Assembly (NCBI GenBank): GCA_040954595.2
Contig: CM082590.2
Span: 10,318,088-10,382,087, forward strand
Length of the DNA: 64,000 nucleotides
Source of the DNA: Balanoglossus misakiensis
Lineage: Eukaryota; Animalia; Hemichordata
Reading direction: 5' to 3'
Shown in pieces: positions 50,501-64,000 of this stretch (position 1 is its first letter; every line of letters begins with the position of its first letter). Made by a program: the position numbers and the translations under genes. The notes below the pieces were generated by a model, which was given only the letters and a program-made list of their open reading frames with translations, was not told the origin of the DNA and did not search any database.

Positions 50501-53280
50501 ACCTCGCTGTGTTTAATTCCCTATCTAAGAACCTCGATGTGGTTAATTCCCTATCTAAGAACCTCGATGTGGTTAATTCCCTATGTAAGAACCTCGCTGT
50601 GGTTAATTCCCTATCTAAGAACCTCGCTGTGGTTAATTCCCTATCTCAGAACCTCAATGTGGTTAATTCCCTATGTAAGAACCTCGATGTGGTTAATTCC
50701 CTATGTAAGAACCTCGCTGTGGTTAATTCCCTATCTAAGAACCTCGCTGTGGTTAATTCCCTATCTCAGAACCTCAATGTGGTTAATTCCCTATGTAAGA
50801 ACCTCGATGTGGTTAATTCCCTATGTAAGAACCTCGCTGTGGTTAATTCCCTATCTAAGAACCTCGATGTGGTTAATTCCCTATGTAAGAACCTCGCTGT
50901 GGTTAATTCCCTATGTAAGAACCTCGATGTGGTTAATTCCCTATGTAAGAACCTCGCTGTGGTTAATTCCCTATCTAAGAACCTCGCTGTGGTTAATTCC
51001 CTATCTAAGAACCTCGCTGTGTTTAATTCCCTATCTCAGAACCTCAATGTGGTTAATTCCCTATGTAAGAACCTCGATGTGGTTAATTCCCTATGTAAGA
51101 ACCTCGCTGTGGTTAATTCCCTATCTAAGAACCTCGCTGTGGTTAATTCCCTATCTCAGAACCTCAATGTGGTTAATTCCCTATGTAAGAACCTCGATGT
51201 GGTTAATTCCCTATGTAAGAACCTCGCTGTGGTTAATTCCCTATCTAAGAACCTCGCTGTGGTTAATTCCCTATCTCAGAACCTCAATGTGGTTAATTCC
51301 CTATGTAAGAACCTCGATGTGGTTAATTCCCTATGTAAGAACCTCGCTGTGGTTAATTCCCTATCTAAGAACCTCGCTGTGGTTAATTCCCTATCTAAGA
51401 ACCTCGCTGTGTTTAATTCCCTATCTCAGAACCTCAATGTGGTTAATTCCCTATGTAAGAACCTCGATGTGGTTAATTCCCTATGTAAGAACCTCGCTGT
51501 GGTTAATTCCCTATCTAAGAACCTCGCTGTGGTTAATTCCCTATCTAAGAACCTCGATGTGGTTAATTCCCTATGTAAGAACCTCGCTGTGTTTAATTCC
51601 CTATCTAAGAACCACGCTGTGGTTAATTCCCTATCTAAGAACCTCGCTGTGGTTAATTCCCTATCTAAGAACCTCGATGTGGTTAATTCCCTATCTAAGA
51701 ACCTCGCTGTGGTTAATTCCCTATCTAAGAACCTCGCTGTGGTTAATTCCCTATCTCAGAACCTCAATGTGGTTAATTCCCTATGTAAGAACCTCGATGT
51801 GGTTAATTCCCTATGTAAGAACCTCGCTGTGGTTAATTCCCTATCTAAGAACCTCGCTGTGGTTAATTCCCTATCTCAGAACCTCAATGTGGTTAATTCC
51901 CTATGTAAGAACCTCGATGTGGTTAATTCCCTATGTAAGAACCTCGCTGTGGTTAATTCCCTATCTAAGAACCTCGCTGTGGTTAATTCCCTATCTAAGA
52001 ACCTCGCTGTGTTTAATTCCCTATCTCAGAACCTCAATGTGGTTAATTCCCTATGTAAGAACCTCGATGTGGTTAATTCCCTATGTAAGAACCTCGCTGT
52101 GGTTAATTCCCTATCTAAGAACCTCGCTGTGGTTAATTCCCTATCTAAGAACCTCGATGTGGTTAATTCCCTATGTAAGAACCTCGCTGTGTTTAATTCC
52201 CTATCTAAGAACCACGCTGTGGTTAATTCCCTATCTAAGAACCTCGCTGTGGTTAATTCCCTATCTAAGAACCTCGATGTGGTTAATTCCCTATCTAAGA
52301 ACCTCGATGTGGTTAATTCCCTATCTAAGAACCTCGCTGTGGTTAATTCCCTATCTAAGAACCTCGATGTGGTTAATTCCCTATGTAAGAACCTCGCTGT
52401 GTTTAATTCCCTATCTAAGAACCACGCTGTGGTTAATTCCCTATGTAAGAACCTCGCTGTGGTTAATTCCCTATCTAAGAACCTCGATGTGGTTAATTCC
52501 CTATCTAAGAACCTCGATGTGGTTAATTCCCTATCTAAGAACCTCGATGTGGTTAATTCCCTATCTAAGAACCTCGATGTGGTTAATTCCCTATCTAAGA
52601 ACCACGCTGTGGTTAATTCCCTATCTAAGAACCTCGCTGTGGTTAATTCCCTATCTAAGAACCTCGATGTGGTTAATTCCCTATCTAAGAACCTCGCTGT
52701 GGTTAATTCCCTATCTAAGAACCTCGATGTGGTTAATTCCCTATCTAAGAACCACGCTCATACTTGCTAATGAAAATCAAGTCAACCAAGTTTTATATAT
52801 ATATATATATATATATTTGTTTCCAGAATATCAACGATTTGTACAGCGAAGAGGACACTCCATACAGTGCTATGAAAAACCAGTCGTACTCAAGGTAAGA
52901 TTGTCGCAGTTTGAAAACCCAGTTACTGTAATATAAGATCCCAAAATCGGTCCTGGTAGTTTTGGGTGATTTTGCAAATTAAAAAAACATGAAATTTTGA
53001 ATGTCTACCCGTATAATTATGCTGTGTTTATTTTAGATGGGGTAAAAAATGACATAGAAATTTAATGTTGAAGTTCTTTATTGTTTTATTTCAGGCATAT
53101 GAGCATTTACAAACCTTGGAATTACTGAAGCCCACAGACGGAGGTCAGAGGTCACAGAAAGAGTATCGACCAATGACTTTGATGGTGGAAAATACACAGA
53201 TCAATGATGCATTGTTGAAATATCCAAATTGTCCGACAGAAATTAAACATTGGAATGCACAGGAATCAAATGTACAATGA
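47172..53280 (+). CDS. ORC4: Origin recognition complex subunit 4, 11 exons
   Basis: Exons 47172-47314, 47520-47609 ([17 protein letters not shown], Walker A), 47718-47880 ([22 protein letters not shown]), 48076-48124, 48257-48405 ([21 protein letters not shown]), 48589-48762 ([13 protein letters not shown]), 48981-49067, 49345-49453, 49855-49950 ([16 protein letters not shown]), 52827-52894 and 53095-53280. All introns are GT-AG and in frame. Confidence 0.96.
47321..47509. repeat. (GAT)n microsatellite filling ORC4 intron 1
   Basis: Read directly from the sequence. Confidence 0.97.
49126..49261. mobile_element. Short Tc1/mariner-pogo-type MITE in ORC4 intron 7
   Basis: TA-CAGTTGAACCT...AGGTTTGACTG-TA: imperfect terminal inverted repeats with flanking TA, plus sub-terminal TAGTGGCCA/TGGCCACTA. 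Confidence 0.6.
50040..52758. repeat. 30-bp minisatellite (~90 copies) in ORC4 intron 9
   Basis: Unit CCTAT(C/G)TAAGAACCTCG(C/A)TGTGGTTAATTC, lying between exon 9 (ends 49950) and exon 10 (starts 52827). Confidence 0.98.
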
Positions 53281-53326
53281 AGTGAAATATTGTTTTGTAT
53301 TTTTCTATGTTTATTGTTATTGTATT

Positions 53327-53332
53327 AATAAA
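53327..53332 (+). promoter_or_regulatory. Candidate polyadenylation signal for ORC4
   Basis: AATAAA about 46 bp after the stop codon. Confidence 0.6.
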
Positions 53333-53590
53333 AGACCTGTGGCTGGTCATTTATGGCATCTTCATGTAGCACACAAAATGTCTTAATTTTTTGAGTTGGG
53401 AGTTTTGAACACAGAAAAAGTACGATTCGACTTTGCACTTAGTGAGACTTTATATCCATTGGTTGAAAAAATGCAGAAAAACTTCGTCTGTAAAACCAAG
53501 ATTACAAACATGTAGAGATTGCATTTAAGTACGAAATGATTTAATTTCCAGAAGTCTGTTTAGTCTTGAAGTTACTGTTGACATTTGAAA

Positions 53591-56500
53591 GCAAAGTCGA
53601 GAATTGGTCATTTTTTGACAAAAACCATGATGTATAACCCATGAAAAATGTTCAACAAGGCCCAAAATATGAAAATTCGGCAAGTCGAGAAATGGTCATT
53701 TTTTGACAAAAACCATGATGTATAACCCATGAAAAATGTTCAACAAGGCCCAAAATATGAAAATTCGGCAAGTCGAGAAATGGTCATTTTTTGACAAAAA
53801 CCATGATGTATAACCCATGAAAAAGGTTCAACAAGGCCCAAAATATGAAAATTCGGCAAGTCGAGAAATGGTCATTTTTTGACAAAAACCATGATGTATA
53901 ACCCATGAAAAAGGTTCAACAAGGCCCAAAATATGAAAATTCGGCAAGTCGAGAAATGGTCATTTTTTGACAAAAACCATGATGTATAACCCATGAAAAA
54001 TGTCCAAAAAGGCCCAAAATATGAAAATTCGGCAAGTCGAGAAATGGTCATTTTTTGACAAAAACCATGATGTATAACCCATGAAAAATGTTCAACAAGG
54101 CCCAAAATATGAAAATTCGGCAAGTCGAGAAATGGTCATTTCAAAAACCATGATGTATAACCCATGAAAAATGTTCAACAAGGCCCAAAATATGAAAATT
54201 CGGCAAGTCGAGAAATGGTCATTTTTTGACAAAAACCATGATGTATAACCCATGAAAAAGGTTCAACAAGGCCCAAAATATGAAAATTCGGCAAGTCGAG
54301 AAATGGTCATTTTTTGACAAAAACCATGATGTATAACCCATGAAAAATGTTCAACAAGGCCCAAAATATGAAAATTCGGCAAGTCGAGAAATGGTCATTT
54401 TTTGACAAAAACCATGATGTATAACCCATGAAAAAGGTTCAACAAGGCCCAAAATATGAAAATTCGGCAAGTCGAGAAATGGTCATTTTTTGACAAAAAC
54501 CATGATGTATAACCCATGAAAAAGGTTCAACAAGGCCCAAAATATGAAAATTCGGCAAGTCGAGAAATGGTCATTTTTTGACAAAAACCATGATGTATAA
54601 CCCATGAAAAATGTTCAACAAGGCCCAAAATATGAAAATTCGGCAAGTCGAGAAATGGTCATTTTTTTGACAAAAACCATGATGTATAACCCATGAAAAA
54701 TGTTCAACAAGGCCCAAAATATGAAAATTCGGCAAGTCGAGAAATGGTCATTTTTTGACAAAAACCATGATGTATAACCCATGAAAAATGTTCAACAAGG
54801 CCCAAAATATGAAAATTCGGCAAGTCGAGAAATGGTCATTTTTTGACAAAAACCATGATGTATAACCCATGAAAAATGTTCAACAAGGCCCAAAATATGA
54901 AAATTCGGCAAGTCGAGAAATGGTCATTTTTTGACAAAAACCATGATGTATAACCCATGAAAAATGTTCAACAAGGCCCAAAATATGAAAATTCGGCAAG
55001 TCGAGAAATGGTCATTTTTTGACAAAAACCATGATGTATAACCCATGAAAAATGTTCAACAAGGCCCAAAATATGAAAATTCGGCAAGTCGAGAAATGGT
55101 CATTTTTTGACAAAAACCATGATGTATAACCCATGAAAAATGTTCAACAAGGCCCAAAATATGAAAATTCGGCAAGTCGAGAAATGGTCATTTTTTGACA
55201 AAAACCATGATGTATAACCCATGAAAAATGTTCAACAAGGCCCAAAATATGAAAATTCGGCAAGTCGAGAAATGGTCATTTTTTTGACAAAAACCATGAT
55301 GTATAACCCATAAAAAATGTTCAACAAAGCCCAAAATATGAAAATTCGGCAAGTCGAGAAATGGTCATTTTTTGACAAAAACCATGATGTATAACCCATG
55401 AAAAATGTTCAACAAGGCCCAAAATATGAAAATTCGGCAAGTCGAGAAATGGTCATTTTTTGACAAAAACCATGATGTATAACCCATGAAAAATGTTCAA
55501 CAAGGCCCAAAATATGAAAATTCGGCAAGTCGAGAAATGGTCATTTTTTGACAAAAACCATGATGTATAACCCATGAAAAATGTTCAACAAGGCCCAAAA
55601 TATGAAAATTCGGCAAGTCGAGAAATGGTCATTTTTTGACAAAAACCATGATGTATAACCCATGAAAAATGTTCAACAAGGCCCAAAATATGAAAATTCG
55701 GCAAGTCGAGAAATGGTCATTTTTTGACAAAAACCATGATGTATAACCCATGAAAAATGTTCAACAAGGCCCAAAATATGAAAATTCGGCAAGTCGAGAA
55801 ATGGTCATTTTTTGACAAAAACCATGATGTATAACCCATGAAAAATGTTCAACAAGGCCCAAAATATGAAAATTCGGCAAGTCGAGAAATGGTCATTTTT
55901 TGACAAAAACCATGATGTATAACCCATGAAAAATGTTCAACAAGGCCCAAAATATGAAAATTCGGCAAGTCGAGAAATGGTCATTTTTTGACAAAAACCA
56001 TGATGTATAACCCATGAAAAATGTTCAACAAGGCCCAAAATATGAAAATTCGGCAAGTCGAGAAATGGTCATTTTTTGACAAAAACCATGATGTATAACC
56101 CATGAAAAATGTTCAACAAGGCCCAAAATATGAAAATTCGGCAAGTCGAGAAATGGTCATTTTTTGACAAAAACCATGATGTATAACCCATGAAAAATGT
56201 TCAACAAGGCCCAAAATATGAAAATTCGGCAAGTCGAGAAATGGTCATTTTTTGACAAAAACCATGATGTATAACCCATGAAAAATGTTCAACAAGGCCC
56301 AAAATATGAAAATTCGGCAAGTCGAGAAATGGTCATTTTTTGACAAAAACCATGATGTATAACCCATGAAAAATGTTCAACAAGGCCCAAAATATGAAAA
56401 TTCGGCAAGTCGAGAAATGGTCATTTTTTGACAAAAACCATGATGTATAACCCATGAAAAATGTTCAACAAGGCCCAAAATATGAAAATTCGGCAAGTCG

Positions 56501-59500
56501 AGAAATGGTCATTTTTTGACAAAAACCATGATGTATAACCCATGAAAAATGTTCAACAAGGCCCAAAATATGAAAATTCGGCAAGTCGAGATATGGTCAT
56601 TTTTTTGACAAAAACCATGATGTATAACCCATAAAAAATGTTCAACAAAGCCCAAAATATGAAAATTCGGCAAGTCGAGAAATGGTCATTTTTTGACAAA
56701 AACCATGATGTATAACCCATGAAAAATGTTCAACAAGGCCCAAAATATGAAAATTCGGCAAGTCGAGAAATGGTCATTTTTTGACAAAAACCATGATGTA
56801 TAACCCATGAAAAATGTTCAACAAGGCCCAAAATATGAAAATTCGGCAAGTCGAGAAATGGTCATTTTTTGACAAAAACCATGATGTATAACCCATGAAA
56901 AATGTTCAACAAGGCCCAAAATATGAAAATTCGGCAAGTCGAGAAATGGTCATTTTTTGACAAAAACCATGATGTATAACCCATGAAAAATGTTCAACAA
57001 GGCCCAAAATATGAAAATTCGGCAAGTCGAGAAATGGTCATTTTTTGACAAAAACCATGATGTATAACCCATGAAAAATGTTCAACAAGGCCCAAAATAT
57101 GAAAATTCGGCAAGTCGAGAAATGGTCATTTTTTGACAAAAACCATGATGTATAACCCATGAAAAATGTTCAACAAGGCCCAAAATATGAAAATTCGGCA
57201 AGTCGAGAAATGGTCATTTTTTGACAAAAACCATGATGTATAACCCATGAAAAATGTTCAACAAGGCCCAAAATATGAAAATTCGGCATGTCGAGAAATG
57301 GTCATTTTTTGACAAAAACCATGATGTATAACCCATGAAAAAGGTTCAACAAGGCCCAAAATATGAAAATTCGGCAAGTCGAGAAATGGTCATTTTTTGA
57401 CAAAAACCATGATGTATAACCCATGAAAAAGGTTCAACAAGGCCCAAAATATGAAAATTCGGCAAGTCGAGAAATGGTCATTTTTTGACAAAAACCATGA
57501 TGTATAACCCATGAAAAATGTTCAACAAGGCCCAAAATATGAAAATTCGGCAAGTCGAGAAATGGTCATTTTTTGACAAAAACCATGATGTATAACCCAT
57601 GAAAAATGTTCAACAAGGCCCAAAATATGAAAATTCGGCAAGTCGAGAAATGGTCATTTTTTGACAAAAACAATGATGTATAACCCATGAAAAATGTTCA
57701 ACAAGGCCCAAAATATGAAAATTCGGCAAGTCGAGAAATGGTCATTTTTTGACAAAAACCATGATGTATAACCCATGAAAAATGTTCAACAAGGCCCAAA
57801 ATATGAAAATTCGGCAAGTCGAGAAATGGTCATTTTTTGACAAAAACCATGATGTATAACCCATGAAAAATGTTCAACAAGGCCCAAAATATGAAAATTC
57901 GGCAAGTCGAGAAATGGTCATTTTTTGACAAAAACAATGATGTATAACCCATGAAAAATGTTCAACAAGGCCCAAAATATGAAAATTCGGCAAGTCGAGA
58001 AATGGTCATTTTTTGACAAAAACCATGATGTATAACCCATGAAAAATGTTCAACAAGGCCCAAAATATGAAAATTCGGCAAGTCGAGAAATGGTCATTTT
58101 TTGACAAAAACCATGATGTATAACCCATGAAAAATGTTCAACAAGGCCCAAAATATGAAAATTCGGCAAGTCGAGAAATGGTCATTTTTTGACAAAAACC
58201 ATGATGTATAACCCATGAAAAATGTTCAACAAGGCCCAAAATATGAAAATTCGGCAAGTCGAGAAATGGTCATTTTTTGACAAAAACCATGATGTATAAC
58301 CCATGAAAAATGTTCAACAAGGACCAAAATATGAAAATTCGGCAAGTCGAGAAATGGTCATTTTTTGACAAAAACCAAGATGTATAACCCATGAAAAATG
58401 TTCAACAAGGCCCAAAATATGAAAATTCGGCAAGTCGAGAAATGGTCATTTTTTGACAAAAACCAAGATGTATAACCCATGAAAAATGTTCAACAAGGCC
58501 CAAAATATGAAAATTCGGCAAGTCGAGAAATGGTCATTTTTTGACAAAAACCATGATGTATAACCCATGAAAAATGTTCAACAAGGCCCAAAATATGAAA
58601 ATTCGGCAAGTCGAGAAATGGTCATTTTTTGACAAAAACCATGATGTATAACCCATGAAAAATGTTCAACAAGGCCCAAAATATGAAAATTCGGCAAGTC
58701 GAGAAATGGTCATTTTTTGACAAAAACCATGATGTATAACCCATGAAAAAGGTTCAACAAGGCCCAAAATATGAAAATTCGGCAAGTCGAGAAATGGTCA
58801 TTTTTTGACAAAAACCATGATGTATAACCCATGAAAAATGTTCAACAAGGCCCAAAATATGAAAATTCGGCAAGTCGAGAAATGGTCATTTTTTGACAAA
58901 AACCATGATGTATAACCCATGAAAAAGGTTCAACATGGCCCAAAATATGAAAATTCGGCAAGTCGAGAATGGTCATTTTTTGACAAAAACCATGATGTAT
59001 AACCCATGAAAAATGTTCAACAAGGCCCAAAATATGAAAATTCGGCAAGTCGAGAAATGGTCATTTTTTGACAAAAACCATGATGTATAACCCATGAAAA
59101 AGGTTCAACAAGGCCCAAAATATGAAAATTCGGCAAGTCGAGAAATGGTCATTTTTTGACAAAAACCATGATGTATAACCCATGAAAAATGTTCAACAAG
59201 GCCCAAAATATGAAAATTCGGCAAGTCGAGAAATGGTCATTTTTTGACAAAAACCATGATGTATAACCCATGAAAAATGTTCAACAAGGCCCAAAATATG
59301 AAAATTCGGCAAGTCGAGAAATGGTCATTTTTTGACAAAAACCATGATGTATAACCCATGAAAAATGTTCAACAAGGCCCAAAATATGAAAATTCGGCAA
59401 GTCGAGAAATGGTCATTTTTTGACAAAAACCATGATGTATAACCCATGAAAAAGGTTCAACAAGGCCCAAAATATGAAAATTCGGCAAGTCGAGAAATGG

Positions 59501-62500
59501 TCATTTTTTGACAAAAACCAAGATGTATAACCCATGAAAAATGTTCAACAAGGCCCAAAATATGAAAATTCGGCAAGTCGAGAAATGGTCATTTTTTGAC
59601 AAAAACCATGATGTATAACCCATGAAAAATGTTCAACAAGGCCCAAAATATGAAAATTCGGCAAGTCGAGAAATGGTCATTTTTTGACAAAAACCATGAT
59701 GTATAACCCATGAAAAAGGTTCAACAAGGCCCAAAATATGAAAATTCGGCAAGTCGAGAAATGGTCATTTTTTGACAAAAACCATGATGTATAACCCATG
59801 AAAAATGTTCAACAAGGCCCAAAATATGAAAATTCGGCGAGTCGAGAAATGGTCATTTTTTGACAAAAACCATGATGTATAACCCATGAAAAATGTTCAA
59901 CAAGGCCCAAAATATGAAAATTCGGCGAGTCGAGAAATGGTCATTTTTTGACAAAAACCATGATGTATAACCCATGAAAAATGTTCAACAAGGCCCAAAA
60001 TATGAAAATTCGGCAAGTCGAGAAATGGTCATTTTTTGACAAAAACCATGATGTATAACCCATGAAAAATGTTCAACAAGGCCCAAAATATGAAAATTCG
60101 GCAAGTCGAGAAATGGTCATTTTTTGACAAAAACCATGATGTATAACACATGAAAAATGTTCAACAAGGCCCAAAATATGAAAATTCGGCAAGTCGAGAA
60201 ATGGTCATTTTTTGACAAAAACCATGATGTATAACCCATGAAAAATGTTCAACAAGGCCCAAAATATGAAAATTCGGCAAGTCGTGAAATGGTCATTTTT
60301 TGACAAAAACCATGATGTATAACCCATGAAAAATGTTCAACAAAGCCCAAAATATGAAAATTCGGCAAGTCGAGAAATGGTCATTTTTTGACAAAAACCA
60401 TGATGTATAACCCATGAAAAATGTTCAACAAGGCCCAAAATATGAAAATTCGGCAAGTCGAGAAATGGTCATTTTTTGACAAAAACCATGATGTATAACC
60501 CATGAAAAAGGTTCAACAAGGCCCAAAATATGAAAATTCGGCAAGTCGAGAAATGGTCATTTTTTGACAAAAACCATGATGTATAACCCATGAAAAATGT
60601 TCAACAAGGCCCAAAATATGAAAATTCGGCAAGTCGAGAAATGGTCATTTTTTGACAAAAACCATGATGTATAACCCATGAAAAATGTTCAACAAGGCCC
60701 AAAATATGAAAATTCGGCAAGTCGAGAAATGGTCATTTTTTGACAAAAACCATGATGTATAACCCATGAAAAATGTTCAACAAGGCCCAAAATATGAAAA
60801 TTCGGCAAGTCGAGAAATGGTCATTTTTTGACAAAAACCATGATGTATAACCCATGAAAAAGGTTCAACAAGGCCCAAAATATGAAAATTCGGCAAGTCG
60901 AGAAATGGTCATTTTTTGACAAAAACCATGATGTATAACCCATGAAAAAGGTTCAACAAGGCCCAAAATATGAAAATTCGGCAAGTCGAGAAATGGTCAT
61001 TTTTTGACAAAAACCATGATGTATAACCCATGAAAAATGTTCAACAAGGCCCAAAATATGAAAATTCGGCAAGTCGAGAAATGGTCATTTTTTGACAAAA
61101 ACCATGATGTATAACCCATGAAAAATGTTCAACAAGGCCCAAAATATGAAAATTCGGCAAGTCGAGAAATGGTCATTTTTGACAAAAACCATGATGTATA
61201 ACCCATGAAAAATGTTCAACAAGGCCCAAAATATGAAAATTCGGCAAGTCGAGAAATGGTCATTTTTTGACAAAAACCATGATGTATAACCCATGAAAAA
61301 TGTTCAACAAGGCCCAAAATATGAAAATTCGGCAAGTCGAGAAATGGTCATTTTTTGACAAAAACCATGATGTATAACCCATGAAAAATGTTCAACAAGG
61401 CCCAAAATATGAAAATTCGGCAAGTCGAGAAATGGTCATTTTTTGACAAAAACCATGATGTATAACCCATGAAAAATGTTCAACAAGGCCCAAAATATGA
61501 AAATTCGGCAAGTCGAGAAATGGTCATTTTTTGACAAAAACCATGATGTATAACCCATGAAAAATGTTCAACAAGGCCCAAAATATGAAAATTCGGCAAG
61601 TCGAGAAATGGTCATTTTTTGACAAAAACCATGATGTATAACCCATGAAAAATGTTCAACAAGGCCCAAAATATGAAAATTCGGCAAGTCGAGAAATGGT
61701 CATTTTTTGACAAAAACCATGATGTATAACCCATGAAAAAGGTTCAACAAGGCCCAAAATATGAAAATTCGGCAAGTCGAGAAATGGTCATTTTTTGACA
61801 AAAACCATGATGTATAACCCATGAAAAATGTTCAACAAGGCCCAAAATATGAAAATTCGGCAAGTCGAGAAATGGTCATTTTTTGACAAAAACCATGATG
61901 TATAACCCATGAAAAATGTTCAACAAGGCCCAAAATATGAAAATTCGGCAAGTCGAGAAATGGTCATTTTTTGACAAAAACCATGATGTATAACCCATGA
62001 AAAATGTTCAACAAGGCCCAAAATATGAAAATTCGGCAAGTCGAGAAATGGTCATTTTTTGACAAAAACCATGATGTATAACCCATGAAAAATGTTCAAC
62101 AAGGCCCAAAATATGAAAATTCGGCAAGTCGAGAAATGGTCATTTTTTGACAAAAACCATGATGTATAACCCATGAAAAATGTTCAACAAGGCCCAAAAT
62201 ATGAAAATTCGGCAAGTCGAGAAATGGTCATTTTTTGACAAAAACCATGATGTATAACCCATGAAAAATGTTCAACAAGGCCCAAAATATGAAAATTCGG
62301 CAAGTCGAGAAATGGTCATTTTTTGACAAAAACCATGATGTATAACCCATGAAAAATGTTCAACAAGGCCCAAAATATGAAAATTCGGCAAGTCGAGAAA
62401 TGGTCATTTTTTGACAAAAACCATGATGTATAACCCATGAAAAATGTTCAACAAGGCCCAAAATATGAAAATTCGGCAAGTCGAGAAATGGTCATTTTTT

Positions 62501-64000
62501 GACAAAAACCATGATGTATAACCCATGAAAAATGTTCAACAAGGCCCAAAATATGAAAATTCGGCAAGTCGAGAAATGGTCATTTTTTGACAAAAACCAT
62601 GATGTATAACCCATGAAAAAGGTTCAACAAGGCCCAAAATATGAAAATTCGGCAAGTCGAGAAATGGTCATTTTTTGACAAAAACCATGATGTATAACCC
62701 ATGAAAAAGGTTCAACAAGGCCCAAAATATGAAAATTCGGCAAGTCGAGAAATGGTCATTTTTTGACAAAAACCATGATGTATAACCCATGAAAAATGTT
62801 CAACAAGGCCCAAAATATGAAAATTCGGCAAGTCGAGAAATGGTCATTTTTTGACAAAAACCATGATGTATAACCCATGAAAAATGTTCAACAAGGCCCA
62901 AAATATGAAAATTCGGCAAGTCGAGAAATGGTCATTTTTTGACAAAAACCATGATGTATAACCCATGAAAAATGTTCAACAAGGCCCAAAATATGAAAAT
63001 TCGGCAAGTCGAGAAATGGTCATTTTTTGACAAAAACCATGATGTATAACCCATGAAAAATGTTCAACAAGGCCCAAAATATGAAAATTCGGCAAGTCGA
63101 GAAATGGTCATTTTTTGACAAAAACCATGATGTATAACCCATGAAAAATGTTCAACAAGGCCCAAAATATGAAAATTCGGCAAGTCGAGAAATGGTCATT
63201 TTTTGACAAAAACCATGATGTATAACCCATGAAAAATGTTCAACAAGGCCCAAAATATGAAAATTCGGCAAGTCGAGAAATGGTCATTTTTTGACAAAAA
63301 CCATGATGTATAACCCATGAAAAATGTTCAACAAGGCCCAAAATATGAAAATTCGGCAAGTCGAGAAATGGTCATTTTTTGACAAAAACCATGATGTATA
63401 ACCCATGAAAAATGTTCAACAAGGCCCAAAATATGAAAATTCGGCAAGTCGAGAAATGGTCATTTTTTGACAAAAACCATGATGTATAACCCATGAAAAA
63501 TGTTCAACAAGGCCCAAAATATGAAAATTCGGCAAGTCGAGAAATGGTCATTTTTTGACAAAAACCATGATGTATAACCCATGAAAAATGTTCAACAAGG
63601 CCCAAAATATGAAAATTCGGCAAGTCGAGAAATGGTCATTTTTTGACAAAAACCATGATGTATAACCCATGAAAAATGTTCAACAAGGCCCAAAATATGA
63701 AAATTCGGCAAGTCGAGAAATGGTCATTTTTTGACAAAAACCATGATGTATAACCCATGAAAAATGTTCAACAAGGCCCAAAATATGAAAATTCGGCAAG
63801 TCGAGAAATGGTCATTTTTTGACAAAAACCATGATGTATAACCCATGAAAAATGTTCAACAAGGCCCAAAATATGAAAATTCGGCAAGTCGAGAAATGGT
63901 CATTTTTTGACAAAAACCATGATGTATAACCCATGAAAAATGTTCAACAAGGCCCAAAATATGAAAATTCGGCAAGTCGAGAAATGGTCATTTTTTGACA
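53591..64000. repeat. 88-bp satellite B (~118 monomers, runs off the window), very homogeneous
   Basis: Unit TATAACCCATGAAAAATGTTCAACAAGGCCCAAAATATGAAAATTCGGCAAGTCGAGAAATGGTCATTTTTTGACAAAAACCATGATG. Confidence 0.99.

Noticed and set aside
50018-52936. 972-aa and 903-aa repeat ORFs
   Set aside because: A 30-bp minisatellite inside ORC4 intron 9 that is open in several frames at once. The flanking ORC4 exons splice in frame without it.

Overview
Eukaryotic, intron-containing animal genomic DNA. It is probably a marine invertebrate, but that is inferred from gene style only. The window marks a transition from a gene-dense block (1-30.3 kb) to a satellite-dominated block (30.6-64 kb). Genes were rebuilt by hand from GT-AG splice sites: two head-to-head IAH1-type SGNH esterase paralogs, a small type II membrane protein with a PAN/Apple-like domain, MTPAP (minus) head-to-head with its paralog TUT1/Star-PAP (plus), a two-exon steryl-sulfatase-like arylsulfatase, an orphan 254-codon ORF with internal repeats, and an intact 11-exon ORC4 isolated between two related satellites (87 bp and 88 bp). 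The satellite block also holds an inverted ~190-bp copy of part of a TUT1 exon, a ~530-bp hairpin-bearing unit inserted as a dimer twice about 7.0 kb apart, a fold-back junction, an inverted-repeat patchwork, and a foldback-like structure (254-bp arms around a 28-bp minisatellite) that abuts the ORC4 promoter region. The very long ORFs in the track (1712, 972 and 903 aa) are tandem-repeat artefacts. There are no prokaryotic-type systems, CRISPR arrays, rRNA genes or tRNA genes that I can support.
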